DNA from: the human T2T-CHM13v2.0 reference genome, Homo sapiens
Reading direction: 5' to 3' (one strand)
DNA length: 64,000 bases
Assembly (NCBI RefSeq): GCF_009914755.1
Contig: NC_060928.1
The notes beneath the pieces are model-generated. The model worked only from the letters and a program-made list of their open reading frames with translations. It was not told the DNA's origin and did not search any database. The position numbers were made by a program, and so were the translations under genes. Positions 46,530 through 63,107 of this stretch are shown in pieces. The number at the start of each line of letters is the position of its first letter. Position 1 is the first letter of the stretch.

Positions 46530-47232
46530 TTAATCTGTTATGTAGATGATTTGCAGTTTCCTACCATTCCTTGGGTGGTCTTTTCACTCTGTTGATAGTG
46601 TTCTTTGATGCATGAAAGTTCTAAATTTTGATGAAGTCTAATGTATCTATATTTTATTTTTTTACCTGTGTTTTTGTTGTTATAGCCCATAAAACATTAC
46701 CAAAGCCAATGTTATGAAGAGTTCCTCCTATGTTTTCTTCTGACTTTTATAGATTCAGCTCTTACTTTTTGGTCATTGATCTATTTTTAAGGGTTTTGTT
46801 TTTGGTTTTGGAGGCAAATGGATATTCAGTTTTCCCAGCACTAGTTGTTGAAAAGACTGTTATTTCTCCATTGAATGGTTTTGGGACTCTTGTTGAAAAC
46901 TGTTAGACAATGTATAGGAAGGTTTAGTTCTAGAATCTCTTTTATCTTCTATTCCATTCCATTGGTCTACATATGTTTTAGTGCCAGTACCATACTGTTT
47001 TGATTTTAATGGCTTTGTACTAAGCTTTAAAATAAGAAAGAATGACATCCCCTCCATCTTTGCTTTTCTTTTGTCAAGATTGTTTTGGCTATGTAGGACT
47101 CCATGCGATTCCATATGAACTTTAGTTTTTTTTTCTATTTCTGAAAAAACACTATTAGGATATTGATAGGGATTGCATTTAATCTGTAGATTACATTGAA
47201 TGGTATTGTTATTTTAACAATACTAAGTCTTG
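46530..47232 (-). mobile_element. L1M ORF2 fragment
   Basis: ggatattcagttttcccagcac...gccagtaccatactgttttgatt...gatagggattgcatttaatctgtagat. Confidence 0.85.
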
Positions 47233-49989
47233 CAGATATATTTTAAATCTGCCACATTTGCAGCTTCTTTCTCCATAAAATGCTTACAAATAAAAAATTG
47301 GCATAGATCAGAAATGCTTACAAATTTAAAAATAATATGAATATACTTTGGTTATAAAATTATGTATTCACAGATCATTTTAAGCTGAGAGATGAGTATA
47401 ATAAGCTTCACAAGTTTTCAACAGGAAGAATTATGCAGTTGCATCTGCAATCGTGTTTTAGCTGAAACCTATTTTAAACAAAATGTAGCAGAATTTTTAG
47501 ATTCAAATATGCTTGCACTCTTCCTTCTAGTAGAATTCAATATGTGAGTTTACTTGCTAGATTGCTGACAAGTTCAGAAACATTTAATCAGTTATGCTCA
47601 ACCAGTTGCAAATTCTAACACTATTACAAGAACATGAACAACAGAAGGTGTTTTTTTTTAAATCATCCTGTTTTTTTCAAAGATAGATGCTTTGTGCACA
47701 CTACAAGCAAGAATACTGAACGTATGTATGGTCAGGGATGCATAAGGAATGAGCACATCACTATGACGACTTTTTTGGACAGTAACATTCTCTGAGGCTC
47801 CCGTCCAGCTAACTTAAGAAATCTATCTGCACCACAAATGTATGATTATGATATAATTATACATTCAACACTTATACATAGATTTCAGGGCCCAGTGAAC
47901 TGGTAAAGCCAAAGCTGAGATGAGTTGTACCATCCTCACATTGCTATGATGTTGAATTATATTCTCTATGACTTACTATAAGATGGCTTAGCACCAATAG
48001 TGGTATACATCTTTCCCTAATTTTATGTCTATACATTTACGAAGGTGTGGTAAATGAGAAAGGCAAGTCTTACACCTAATTCTACCATATATAAATATTC
48101 ATATAATACCACCTGGCAGCAGAAGCAGTTTCTGTTGGGGATGTGACAAGGAATTCATCCACTGCTAACTAGCTAAAGTCTCTAATAGTCACTAAAAGGA
48201 ACTTAATGGCTCTTAATGACCAAATTGGCATAGATCAGTTCTCAACACCCTGAAATCATGTCTCAGCTAAAGTCAGAGGAAAAGCCTGATAAAATTGTTC
48301 AGAAACCTTTTTTTTTCGGTTCAAACTAACACTTTTAGAATTATATTATCATGCAAATGTGAAGACAATTTCCTAATTGATATTTTATTTATGTGGTGAC
48401 AGTTACATAATATAGAACCAAATTTTAATGCTTTCAGGTATTAGTAGTTTTTCAGTAGCTGTCTATGCATTGAAAAATGGTAAAAGGCCATGTAATACAA
48501 ATTATAAAATTAGTTTTAGGGATAGGAAATCTCAGATCAATTTATTCTGCTTTATCGGATCCAGAAGCAAAAGTGAGTAGTTTCCGGAGGAAAAAAAAAA
48601 GAAATACTTTCCTAAAAAGGCAAAATAAATAAATAAAAAAAATAAAACAACAACAAAAAATAAACACAGTGATAATATAGCCTGGCTTTGGGAAAACAAT
48701 CTTGATTGAAGCTGATAAGTCCCACTATCTCCATAAACTATTAAAAAAGCCCTTAAATATTCTAATATTTCAGCAAGTAGTAACTTGATGAGTTCAGTTT
48801 GAAATCAATATTTAAAAATATTCGTACACCTCAAAGGATTAGAAAACACAGATGAAAGAGGCAGTGTGATCTCATATAAAAATCTTTTACTGGCATTGTT
48901 TATTTTGTACATCTGTAACTATATACAAAAATGTGCTACTTTCTTAGAAATAAATACCAGAAACACAGTGCTAATACAAAATCTTTTTCTAACATCATAT
49001 TAGGATAAATTTGTTTAATATGGAGTGATAACAACAGTGCAATATATAGGCAGTGGGGTATATAGCATTTTCACCTGTTGTTTAAACATATTTAAAAGAT
49101 GTTAAAATATTTAATTACACAGTTTTAGTTGACTGTAAAATGTCTACAAAGAGCAGGAAAAGGACCTACACTTTTGATGGGGCTCCACAAAAATTATATT
49201 CTTTCTAAATGAAATGTGTCAAACTATAAGTAAAAAAAAAAAATCACTCATTGTAGCAATAAGATAAACTCCTGATCTCAGAAGTGTTACCATTTTATAT
49301 ATCCTAGCAAATGTGTAATCATAAAAACATGTTGAGCTGTCACCTATGTCATTTTCAGAATGCTAATATAGATAGTTCTTACAAAATATGATTATAATAA
49401 AATGAATTATGGTCAATGGAAATATGAGTCGTACATACACCATTAAACATGACTACAGGCTCGAATATTTAGTTTGCTCAACTAACTTTGATATTCTTTT
49501 AATCTAAGTTTTTCATCAGTAAAAAACAAATGTTAAATTTTAACTTTAAAACTTTAGACAAGTTCAATTTTTTATCCTTGAGTAGCTCAGAAAGTTTTTA
49601 ACAAATTCATCAGAAATTATTTTATTTACCAAAATCTATCCCATCACATATATAAATTATTTTTGCTACAATACATTGTTAAATAAAATTTCTGGAGATA
49701 GTGTGATTTTTTTTTTTAATTTGAGGTTTGAAGTTGTCACCAATTTATTTAGGTGCACCCTCAAAAGTCACAACAAATTTGTTGACAGGATTATTACTAA
49801 CTTTGAATTTATTTTGGATTGCACAATATAAATATTCTAAGAATCTTTTCTAGAAATTGTTAGCCTTATCCATCACCAATTTTGTTGGATCTTTTCCCCT
49901 AATATTCCTTAAATCCATAACTTCTGATTTACCCAACTCCACTTGTTCAAGCCCTCAAAACTTATCACTTAGAGAATTGCAGCCTGAGT

Positions 49990-50190
49990 TAGTAGTGCCC
50001 TGGTGAATGTTTACAAGCCAGCTCTCTAAGCTGTAGTGGTAATGGGTTGGGGTAAGGGGCTTGACTGTAGCATTTGACAATATCTGTGCTGTAAAGGTTC
50101 CCACCATGGGCCAATTTCAGGTTACCAATGTGACATCAACATGATAGCAGAGTTCTTGAAAATGAAATCATTGACCCCAAAATACCACTG
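49990..50190. mobile_element. MER63-like hAT DNA transposon, apparently within degenerate L2
   Basis: ctggtgaatgtttacaagccagctctc...tcccaccatgggccaatttcaggttaccaatgtgacatca. Confidence 0.6.
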
Positions 50191-52421
50191 ATTGCACTAT
50201 CTACATTTCTTTCTGCTTCTCATCTTATTTCTTAAGGCATTTTGCACTCAGTTTCATAAATGACCTCTCAAATGTAAATTACAATCCCTGTGTCACTTTT
50301 GGTGTCTTGCCTATACCTACATGAATTATCCAATTTCTCATTATTATGTTCACTAAGTTTCAAACTCTAACCCCTTCCTCCTAAGCCTCTTTTTTCACTA
50401 ATTTCTAGTTTGCACTTTTGTCTCCCCCAGTCCCCCAAATGCTTGCAATTTCCCACACTTTTGGCTTTGCTGATGGGCCCCCCATAGCAGAAAAGCACCT
50501 GTCCTCTTGGATATTGTCCCCAAGGACTCTTATTCAGCGGCGTATGTAATTCAAAAGTGATCTCTGCTTAGAATTCATCCCTGTGGGTGGTCTTTTTCCA
50601 TTGCCCCTTGAGATACTATATTGTAATTGCCTTTTACTGTTTAATTTCCTAAATAACAGAAAAGATTTCTCATCCATTTTTGTATTTGTAGTAACTAGCC
50701 TTAATAATGTCATGTAATAAGAACATAACAAATGTTGATTGTTGACTATGAAATTAAATGTGACTTGAAATATTAATCTAAATAGGTAAAATTACATAAG
50801 TGAATCATTGCACAGCTGATAAATTTTAAGCTACAAAATACTTACATAAAATATACCACGTTTATTCTTCTTTGCCTGGCTTTCTTCTCTCTTCAATCTC
50901 TCCCCACCTTTCCAACATACTTTGTGTATTTTTTATTTGAAAAGTTTCCTTCTTTTGGAGTAGACAAGTACAATATGCCATATACTAAAATGCCTGATTT
51001 ACTTGTTTATTCAATAAAGTGTTATTATCATTAATGCTAATTAAGCAACACTGAAAAGAAAGAGGGTAATCTTGCAAAGTTCTCTAGACGGTACCTGCAA
51101 ATGTGCATATCCTCTCAATGTGATTTGTAATCTGCAACTTCTGTAAAGCTTTAAACATAGATGCTATTTGTTTGTCCCATATGGTGGGGGCAACAACTAG
51201 GGTCTGTTTACCTTACTTGAATGATTAGTAACAAGTTTACTGTAGTTTCCTTCCTTGTTATAGCAACAGTTCCCACTAGGAAGGACACATTTTACAATGA
51301 GTGCATTGCAGATGATATGCAGCACTCAGGCCCTAACAAAATCCTCACTCAGGCAGCTACACAGCACTTAGTGTACACACTTTGTTTCTATGTTTGTTGA
51401 TGTTTATTTAACTTCAATCTATTTTTAATTGTTACCTAAGGATATAACAAATATATATTGGAAATTTAACATAAATTTACTTTTTATCATTAAAAAATTA
51501 TTTCCAAATTTACTAAGGATGATAACAATGGTAGATGGTGCTAACACTATATGGATAGAGGTAGATTATAAATTTAAAAAGAATGTATAATATAATATCC
51601 TTAAGAAATTCAACTTTGTTATTTAACAAAATCGAATAAAACAATCAAAACATTGATGAGTACTAATGAGTGGTATCAGGCATACATGCAATAAATAGCT
51701 AATAATCATCAAACTAATTACTTGTATAAAAGTATAAAGATGGATGTGCATTAACAAATTATTCTGCTCCTTGTAAAAATGTTAAAAACAGATTTGTTAC
51801 TGTTTTTGAAATGCCTATAAAAGAAATTGCCACAAAAAGTATCATGCACTGAATTACTATGACATGTTAAAGTATTTTGCACATACCTTTTTAAACATAA
51901 ATATGTACATATGTACATATATTTATTTTTACTGTGATGATCCTGAAAAAGTTTTTTTAGCATTTTTCAAACCTTTAAATAATTATTACATTCCATGTAT
52001 CATAGTAATTTCCCTAGAGTTCTCAGAGGTAACAATATTCTAGAGCTATTTGTAAAACTTCAAAACGTGGAAGGTAAAACATTAATCCATGTGGTATATA
52101 AGGTTGTACAAGCTCCCTAAAGCTGTTTCACTGTTAATTGCTGGACTGAAATAATGCAAAGGGGAAGCACGTTTTTTTTTTTTTTTTTTTTTCTCAGACT
52201 GAACAGTATCTCACATGAAAAGACTTACACGATTGGCGAATTTCTTTTAAGGAAAGGAAAGACATGAGTCATTAGTTACTAAAATAAGATTATTTTAAAA
52301 ATTAGAAAAGCTATTTTTAAGGTACTAACTATGGACAGAAGATGTATGATTAAATGACCATCAATAAGGGCATTTGAAAAACACTTATGTATGGTGGCAT
52401 TAAATACATTTTATTGAACTC

Positions 52422-53580
<1,159 letters not shown>

Positions 53581-53830
53581 CATTTGATGTAACTCTTTCT
53601 AAAGTAAATATTCTATTTATGTTGAGAATATATACGAGTATGTTTGTCCCTTAGATGAAATCACATTCATTTTAGTATATGTTTTTTTGAATTTCTGAAA
53701 AGTAAATATTAATACAAAGTTCACACCATGTGATTTATGTACAAATGGAATTTGCACTTAAATTCATATTTAAAATACTTGGAATAAAATTTTAGATAGA
53801 GAAGTCATTATAATTTGACACTCTAATGTT

Positions 53831-54148
53831 ACACTGTCCAAGAGGGTAGCCAGTAATTAACTACATGTGGCTATTGAACATTTGGCTTATCCAATTGAGA
53901 TATGCTGTACTGTAATAATGTAAAATATACACCAGGTTTCAAAGACTTGGTAAGAAAAAAGAATGAATAATATACACTTAATGCTCATATTGGTATGATA
54001 ATAATATTTTGGACGTGTTTAAGTAAATAAAATGTTATTAAAATCAATTTTGCCTGATTTTTCTTTTTTTAACGTGACTGCTAGAAAATTTCAAAATATT
54101 AGGATGGCCAGCATTTTTTGTTTATATTATGTTTCATTAGACAGTGCT
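53831..54148. mobile_element. MER33-like hAT-Charlie element
   Basis: cactgtcca...tacatgtggctattgaaca...gtaaaatatacaccaggtttcaaagactt...tagacagtg with inverted termini. Confidence 0.8.
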
Positions 54149-55067
54149 TCTCTAAGTATAAAAGTGATAGTTTGGGCATGATAATACATAGAGTGTTACC
54201 TTCATAATTTTAAAAATTATGATTTTCAAACAATGGCAGCCATTAAAAGATGATATTCATTTGCATTTTAAAAAATTTCTGTATGGTCTCACTTATATGT
54301 GGAATCTAAAAAGGTCTGAAAAACATAATCCTTAGGCAAATCCTACCTAAGATTACTATACTGTAATCAGTGGAAAGAAATTTTAGGTTAGATGCACTAA
54401 GCTATGACTGACAATATATGGTACAGTGTGGAAAATAAGAATGATTGGTCAATTCTCATTTTATTGCACTGCAATTACACTTAGAGTCAGAAAAGACCTT
54501 ACTCTATTAATATTTGTATGACAAAAAAAGCAAATACTTAAAAAATAAATATGATAAATGTTTCACTTGAACTGTCTAATTGTGTCTGCTTTTAGGATTA
54601 TAAATCATTATGTTAGCAAGCAAAATGTACCAGTTAGAGATCAGAGTGTGAAGAATGCCAGATACTATAGGTGAAAAAAAGAACCCTAAAGGCACAATAG
54701 TGGTATCCCATTAAGGTAATCTTACAAATGGGAGATTAAAGGACAAAATGAAGGACGGAGTTATTTTACCATGGGAAAAACCTAAGACTTAAAAAAAAAT
54801 ACAGTTGAAATTGGTATTGCTTCTCTTTCTCTCTTTCCATTACACTTGGTGTATAAAAATAATTTACTATGTTTAGGAGCAAAAAACTGTCCTTTTTGAA
54901 TACATGTTTATAGGCTGGGTCTCAGCAATCATTTTGGAAAATCCTTTCCCTAAGAACCCGTATAGCAACAGCAACACAGACTAGAAAGCAAGGAAATGGT
55001 GCTGAGTGGTATTTCCCAAAATAGCCAGGGGATAGCTATGAACTCTAACATAAAATGTTTTATAATC

Positions 55068-55361
55068 AGCCCTGGCACAGGGACTCACACTTGTAATCCC
55101 AGCACTTTGGGAGGCTCACTTGAAGGTAAGAGTTTGAGACCAGGCTGGGCAACATAGCAAAGTCCCATCTCTACTAAAAAAATAAATAAATAAATTAGCC
55201 AAATGAGGTGGCACACTCTTGTAGCCTTAACTACTTCGGAGGGTGAAATGGGAGGATTGCTTGAGCCCAGGAGCTCAAGGCTGCAGTGAGCTATGATAGT
55301 GTCACTGCACTCCAGCCTGGGTGACAGAGGGAGAACTTGTCTCAAAAAAAAAGAAAAAAAA
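55068..55361 (+). mobile_element. AluJ
   Basis: gggaggattgcttgagcccagg...gctgcagtgagctatgat. Confidence 0.9.
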
Positions 55362-55789
55362 AGGATGATCATACAAACTAAAATGCACATTATTAATTTT
55401 GTAATGCTAGCATGTAATAGAGGAATTATTCTCCAAATATGTCAGGTGATTAAGTTGCTGCAAGGTTTCATATTATAATGATCTGTATATATGGGATTAT
55501 TTTATAGTAGCTATAACATTATATAACACAATGATTCCCAAATCAAGGTAAGCTTAGAATTATCAATGCCTTTGTGTTTGAATGCAAGGTTTAGTCTTTC
55601 AGAGATAATTCATGAGCTCTAGGCCAGAGGTGAATTCAGTTGCTCTGGTAAACTTTGTTGTTTTATTTTTTAAATAGCAGAGATACAAAATAGTGACACA
55701 TTATGATGTATAAATCAGTACACTTGAACAAAGTAAGGATGCCTGTGAAACCACTATAGATGTTAAATATAGACAGATGATAGATGGAC

Positions 55790-55845
<56 letters not shown>
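55790..55845. repeat. (AGAT)14 tetranucleotide STR
   Basis: Perfect run with degenerate units to its left. Confidence 0.95.
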
Positions 55846-56279
55846 GGAATGTTTCCAGCACCATAGATGACCTGATGTTTCCATCCCATTCCTTTTCCTT
55901 TCTCGCAAAGGCTACCATCATATTAATTCTAAAATCATAGAGGAGTTTTAGCTGTTTTGTATTTTATCTAAATATATTCATACTTGATGGATGCTTATAT
56001 GTTCTGCTTCTTTATCCAGCATTATTATTTTTCAGTTTTCTTACATCCAACCTCTCAATCATCAGCACTTTTGCTTCTGCCCTTACATCTATATTGAAAG
56101 TCTCATGACCAGAGTTACTAGTAAGTTCCTTTCTGCCAAACCTAGTGGCCAAGAAGACTTCACTTTTTTTTCCCTTGGATTCAGCTTTGAAAAATGTTCA
56201 TCAATTCTTCCTTAGTAAAATGTCATGGTGGTGCCCTGCTTTGGACACCACCTGTTAAAATGCATTTCAGTTTTAATTC

Positions 56280-56636
56280 TGGTATGGACTGAATTCTGTC
56301 TCCTCCAACTTCATATGTTAATGCCCTAACCCTCAATGTGACTATATTTGGAGATAGGGCCTAAAATAACGTTAAGGTTTAATGAGGTCTTTAGGGTGGG
56401 TCCTAATCTGATAGGTTTTTTGTCCTTATGAGACACCAGACAGCGTTCTCTCTCTTTGGTGACAATGCAGCAAGAAGGCGGGCATTAGTTTATAAGCCAG
56501 GAAGACAGCCCTCACCAGACACTGCATTGGCTGGTACCTTGATGCTAGACTTCCCCATCTCAAGAACTATGAGAAATAAATTTCCATTGTTGAAGCCACC
56601 TGTCTAACATATTTTGTTATGATATCCACTAAGACG
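56280..56636 (+). mobile_element. MLT1A-like solo LTR inside an L2 fragment (~56040-57150)
   Basis: tggtatggactgaatt...caatgtgactatatttggagatagggcc...gagaaataaatttccattgttgaagccacc. Confidence 0.82.
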
Positions 56637-57331
56637 GTTCTGAAGTCCTCCACTTTTGCTCATTCTTTCTCTCTTTACTTGCTCATCTTGAATGACCCAA
56701 CCTTCTGACAGATCTTCAGTTTCTACCTACATATTCCCTATCTTTATTTCTGGCTGAGGTCACCTACTTGAACCACAATATTCTCCAAACAGAAGTTTGT
56801 GTATTTTTTAAAAATATACCAACATTTCCAAAATTTAACTCAATGTCTTTCCCTAAATTTGCATCTCTTCCCGTGACCCCTGCTTTAATAAACAGAAACA
56901 CCATTCACCTTAGTAGGCAAGCTAGAAATTTGGGCATTATCCTTGACTCAAGTCCTCTCCCTGTCATGTATATGTAATCACTCACCAATTCAAGTTAATT
57001 CTGTTCATAAGTTATTTCTCAGATATGGCCACATTCCTGCATTTTTACTGTTGCTTCTTTGGTTCTGGCCCCGTCATCACTTTTAGCCTATATTAGTGCA
57101 ACATTCTTAATTTTGTTCACTAAACTCTGCTATTTTTCTCAAACAAAGGTTTTTATATACTAATGATCTAATATCTATGAATGCTAATGTAATATTCATT
57201 TTTATTGTTCTAATTATTAGAAGCTTTCGATAAGTAATATTTTAGTGTAGCAGTTCTGCTTTCCCTGGAAAATGAGTTCTATTTTCCTCATAATGTCATT
57301 AACAAATCTATATTGCATTAAGAACTGTTTC

Positions 57332-57717
<386 letters not shown>

Positions 57718-60700
57718 TTAGAATTTTAGAATCATAGTTACCTCTTTTAAAGAACAATAGAGCTATTACACAATTAGTGTTAATATGATGTTCACAGTTG
57801 ATGTGTTTTACTGACAAAAACTTAATTATTTTTATGCCTGCTAGAAACGTACCTTCTTTTGGATATTTGTACATATAAAGATCATGTTGAATTAATAGAA
57901 ATTTTTAAAAGTGTGACATTAGAAGTTGAACACACAAAAATACATACACATCTTAAAGTACATATATATGTATATGGTTTTGGGAGCTACAACTTAGAAC
58001 AGTTTAGTAACACTTCAAAAATCTATCACATTTACCAGAACGTCTCATACAGTTTTAAAAGTTCATAATCCTCATAAAATTTCACACAATTTTAAGGTTT
58101 AGTACTACAGTCAAAGTAATTTATTATTTAACTCAGGAAATGAAGTACATAGGAAGCAGTTTCAGAACAAAAATTCTATCTCTGGGTAGTCATTTATACC
58201 ATTCTTGGTTATCTAGAAACTCTAAATGAAGTAACTCATTTCTAAAATCAATAAGCATATAACATCACTTCATCATTTCAATTGAGTTTCATAACCTAAG
58301 CAAATAAAGACATTTATTTGAGCATCACTTCTGAAGTTAAATGCCTCAATTAGTGTATGGTTATCTTGTCTGATGGCAAATCGCTTATATTTACTGACAG
58401 ATTTAAATCAGAAGTATAGTATTCCATGCAAATCATACTTAATGTTATAATTTGATTAAATTTGAATTGGAAGACAATGAAATATTTAGCACTTGGTATA
58501 GAATAATAGCACTATTAACTCATTTTTAATTCTACGAGAAACTTTTGTCCTGGAAAATGAACACACTTTACTGAATATACTCATGACAACAAAATCCAGG
58601 GTGAAGGATGTACACTACCTTACCAGAGAATTTGGTATTTCCTCTCTATATTCAAAAGTATGTCACTAAACTTATTATTTATTGGATCCTATTAAATAGC
58701 TTTCCAAGTCTGTGAATCAGACAAGGCATGATATGAAATACTTGAAGCACACAATAAGGATTTATTTTAAATATGTTAGTAAAAATCAAATTATTAACAA
58801 TACTAAAAATTATGAAGAAAAATTAAATAATTGACCATTCAATACCTATGATAAAATATTAAAATAACTTATCTAATCCACAAAGAAAAAAGGTATTTTT
58901 GAAAAACACATTATGTCTACTGGAATAACACTGCAATAATATAAAAACACTTGATAATATGCTATTTTTTTTACCATTAACTTTTTCCTGTTTGCGGATT
59001 ACCCTTTACTATCTTCCATTTTATACCATGGCAGAGAGAAAGAACCTGGAACTCAGGAAGTCTGTTTACCTTTGTATCGACCAGAAAACAATTAATGAAT
59101 CATGATAGATTTCTAACTTCTTCTGCCTTAGTTTATCCCTCTGGATATTCACTTAAGGCTTTTCTAGCTTTCTGAGCTTCTTTTTATAAAGTATGTGGAG
59201 GAAGGCATCCTGGATGTGGAAAAATGGTTCCTTTTTAGTCTTAATACATCTGTCATTTTGATCACTGTCTGTCTGAGATTATATATTCCTAGGGGAAAGG
59301 AAACCTATCTTTGTAAGTAGCTTTGACTATCACAACACCCTATACACAAAGGTACATAATACATGATTTTTGAATAGATTTCTTTTCCCATTAGTGTTAT
59401 ACATTTTTTATTCATGATACCTTAGTATTTTACAATTTTCTAAAATCATGTCATTATACAAAGCCTGTCACTAAACTTCACAAAACCCAAGTGGATTTAA
59501 TTATCAGGTAATTTTATGGAGAGAGATAAAGAAATCGATAAGTATTTATAATTCTCATTAAAGTATAAATATCTTCTCACTAATGCAGATACAATCCACA
59601 CAGGTCAGTTCTGTATCTCTGAGGGATCATTATATAGCTTGACGCCTAGTTTAAATAAGGGTGAAGCACTGAAAATGTAATACCTTACAAGAAGTTTGCT
59701 TGGTGACACCAAAAAGAATATGGAAATATTTCCCGTAATTGCAGCATTACTTAGAAAAAACATTATTTCCACTAAATGATGTTGTGAACAACATTTTATC
59801 ATTGTTATAGGATAGTTTTGATTATCTAAAAAGAAAAAATTATCTCATGATTGCTGATTGCCAAGCAATTTCATTACCCAACTAACGTCTCTTTATGACT
59901 ATTAAAAATGTAGACCCTTTGTATTATACATAAATTTGACCTAATGGCAGAATCATTACTATATTCACTAAATTCATTGTATTTACTACAAACAATTTCC
60001 ATAAAATTTTTTAACATACTACTTTCTAATAGTTAATGAAACCCATATATATTTCCTTCTATCCAAATTCAATATTCCCTAGTACTTTTATGTGTAATCT
60101 GTTTTACTATATCTTTATTAAAACTTTTTATTGATTATTTAGATTTCTGACTTGTAAAATGTTATTTATAAGGACGATGCACTGATGTACCTTGTTTTCT
60201 TTAGCAACATCAAATTACATCCCAAAACGCAGTACTATTTTTCCCCTTGACAGGTGCAAGCAGTAGTATTTTAGGCAAAATTATTTTTACTGATAGGGCC
60301 AGGGATTGCTTTTCAGTGTCTTTGCTGGCTATCATAAAAATAACAGATTACTCATTCACATATTTCTATTGTTTCTCTTCCACTGTTGCACCACCAACAA
60401 TAACTGTATTTTGAATAAATATCTTACACAAACATATCCATTTAATACTCTTGTTGATGCTGGGTAAACTATATACGATTGAAATTATTTCCAAGCATGG
60501 CTGTAGAAGTTGCCTACTTCTGTTAGTCAAGTCTATGTATCTTTCTATTGAGAGATGGAGGTAGTGGTTAGGAGATTAGACTGCTTATTTATTAAAACTA
60601 TTTAGTAAAATGCCCAAAATAATTTCTACATTTTCATAAAATTTCAGGTTGCAACAGATAATGCAGTTGGGCCAGGTTTTTCTAAATGCCCTAATATGTC

Positions 60701-61168
60701 AAGTATCTGACTTTTTATTTATGTTATTCTTTCTATCTACTACCCTTTGCTCATCTCCAAAAGTTTAAATTCACTTGTCCTTAAGATTAATTTAGTTATT
60801 TAATTTCCACCACCTTCATAAGGTATCCCTGATTTCCAAAACTAAATATCGTATTTTCAACTTACTTAATATTTTGTAGGCTTTGTAAATAACACCTATT
60901 TCCTTCTATCTTATATGATAGTATCATTCATACCGACATATGCACACACACACACACACACACATTATTATATGTAAACATAAGTTTTTCCCTGACAAAC
61001 CACATTTTCTCCCTGTTACCTTGCCACCATGAGTACACAAAAGAATGCCCACTACAGCAGGAAGCATAGGGAAAAACACATAGACTTCATAATTAGGTCA
61101 ACATGAGTTTGATTAGAAACTCAGCCACCTATTTGTTAATTTCTGTGTATTTCACCTCCTTCATATAA

Positions 61169-61519
<351 letters not shown>

Positions 61520-62091
61520 TGAAAAGTAGCTAATCTAACAACACCCTTCTAAAGAACTAACAGTTTACCGGATCATCCTGTGTTGCATTCTGCCTAGTAA
61601 CTTAAAGTGAAAATACAACTTAACCATATCCAAAGAGCGTATTTTTATCGTGATTTAAAAATTTATAAGCTACAACTTTTTTCATATATTATTTTGCTTA
61701 AATTATCACATAAAATATAATACAGTGTTTTAATAAAAATTATCATGCAGTAAGAAAATTATCTTTATTTACATGAATTTTTAAGAAGAAAAATACATTT
61801 AAATAACTTCTCCAACATCAGACAGCTGATAAATGGCTAAAAGTCAGGGGCATAATTCAAAAAAGACCTTTTTACACAAGTACGTATTCTACTTCCTATC
61901 TTTTCTGAAAAAAAAATGGAAATTTTGGTTTCAAGTTCTGAATTAAACTGAGTCCTGTTTAATTTTCCTTCTTTGGTGATTTTCTAATACCAACTAATAA
62001 ATTTACTTTGTCTTTCTTTCTTTTTACACGTAGCTCCTAAATCCTTGTTTTTTGTTTATTGTTTCTTAGTCCTTTCTCTTTCAATTATTTT

Positions 62092-62409
<318 letters not shown>

Positions 62410-62873
62410 TAAAGAATAACCTGATAAGTAATTTTGGTTAATCAAGTCATCTTTATGACTGTTCTAAAAAATACATTTAGTCACTCTGAAGACACACTTC
62501 GGCAATTCAAACATGTATCAATTTTTCCAAAATACCTTAATAAAAATATAACTCTTGATTCTAATGCCAATCATTGCCCTTCAAATACACTCAAACTACA
62601 TCTGTTAATCCATTTTGGTTTCCCAATGAAGTTAAAATATTTGAGTGTGTAAATAATTGTTTTTGATACATGGTGACAACTAGTCAAAAGCTCCTCCTGC
62701 TCTAAAATAACCTTGAAAGCAGCATTGAGGAACTAATGTCTTAAACTATAATCAATGAGAATTGATGATATTCGTGGTTATCAAATATTTCTAACTGTTC
62801 AATTCAGAACTACTGAATCCCTTAGCTTTTTCATATGTTTCAATACAACTTGAAACTTAAATTCACTAAATTA

Positions 62874-63107
<234 letters not shown>

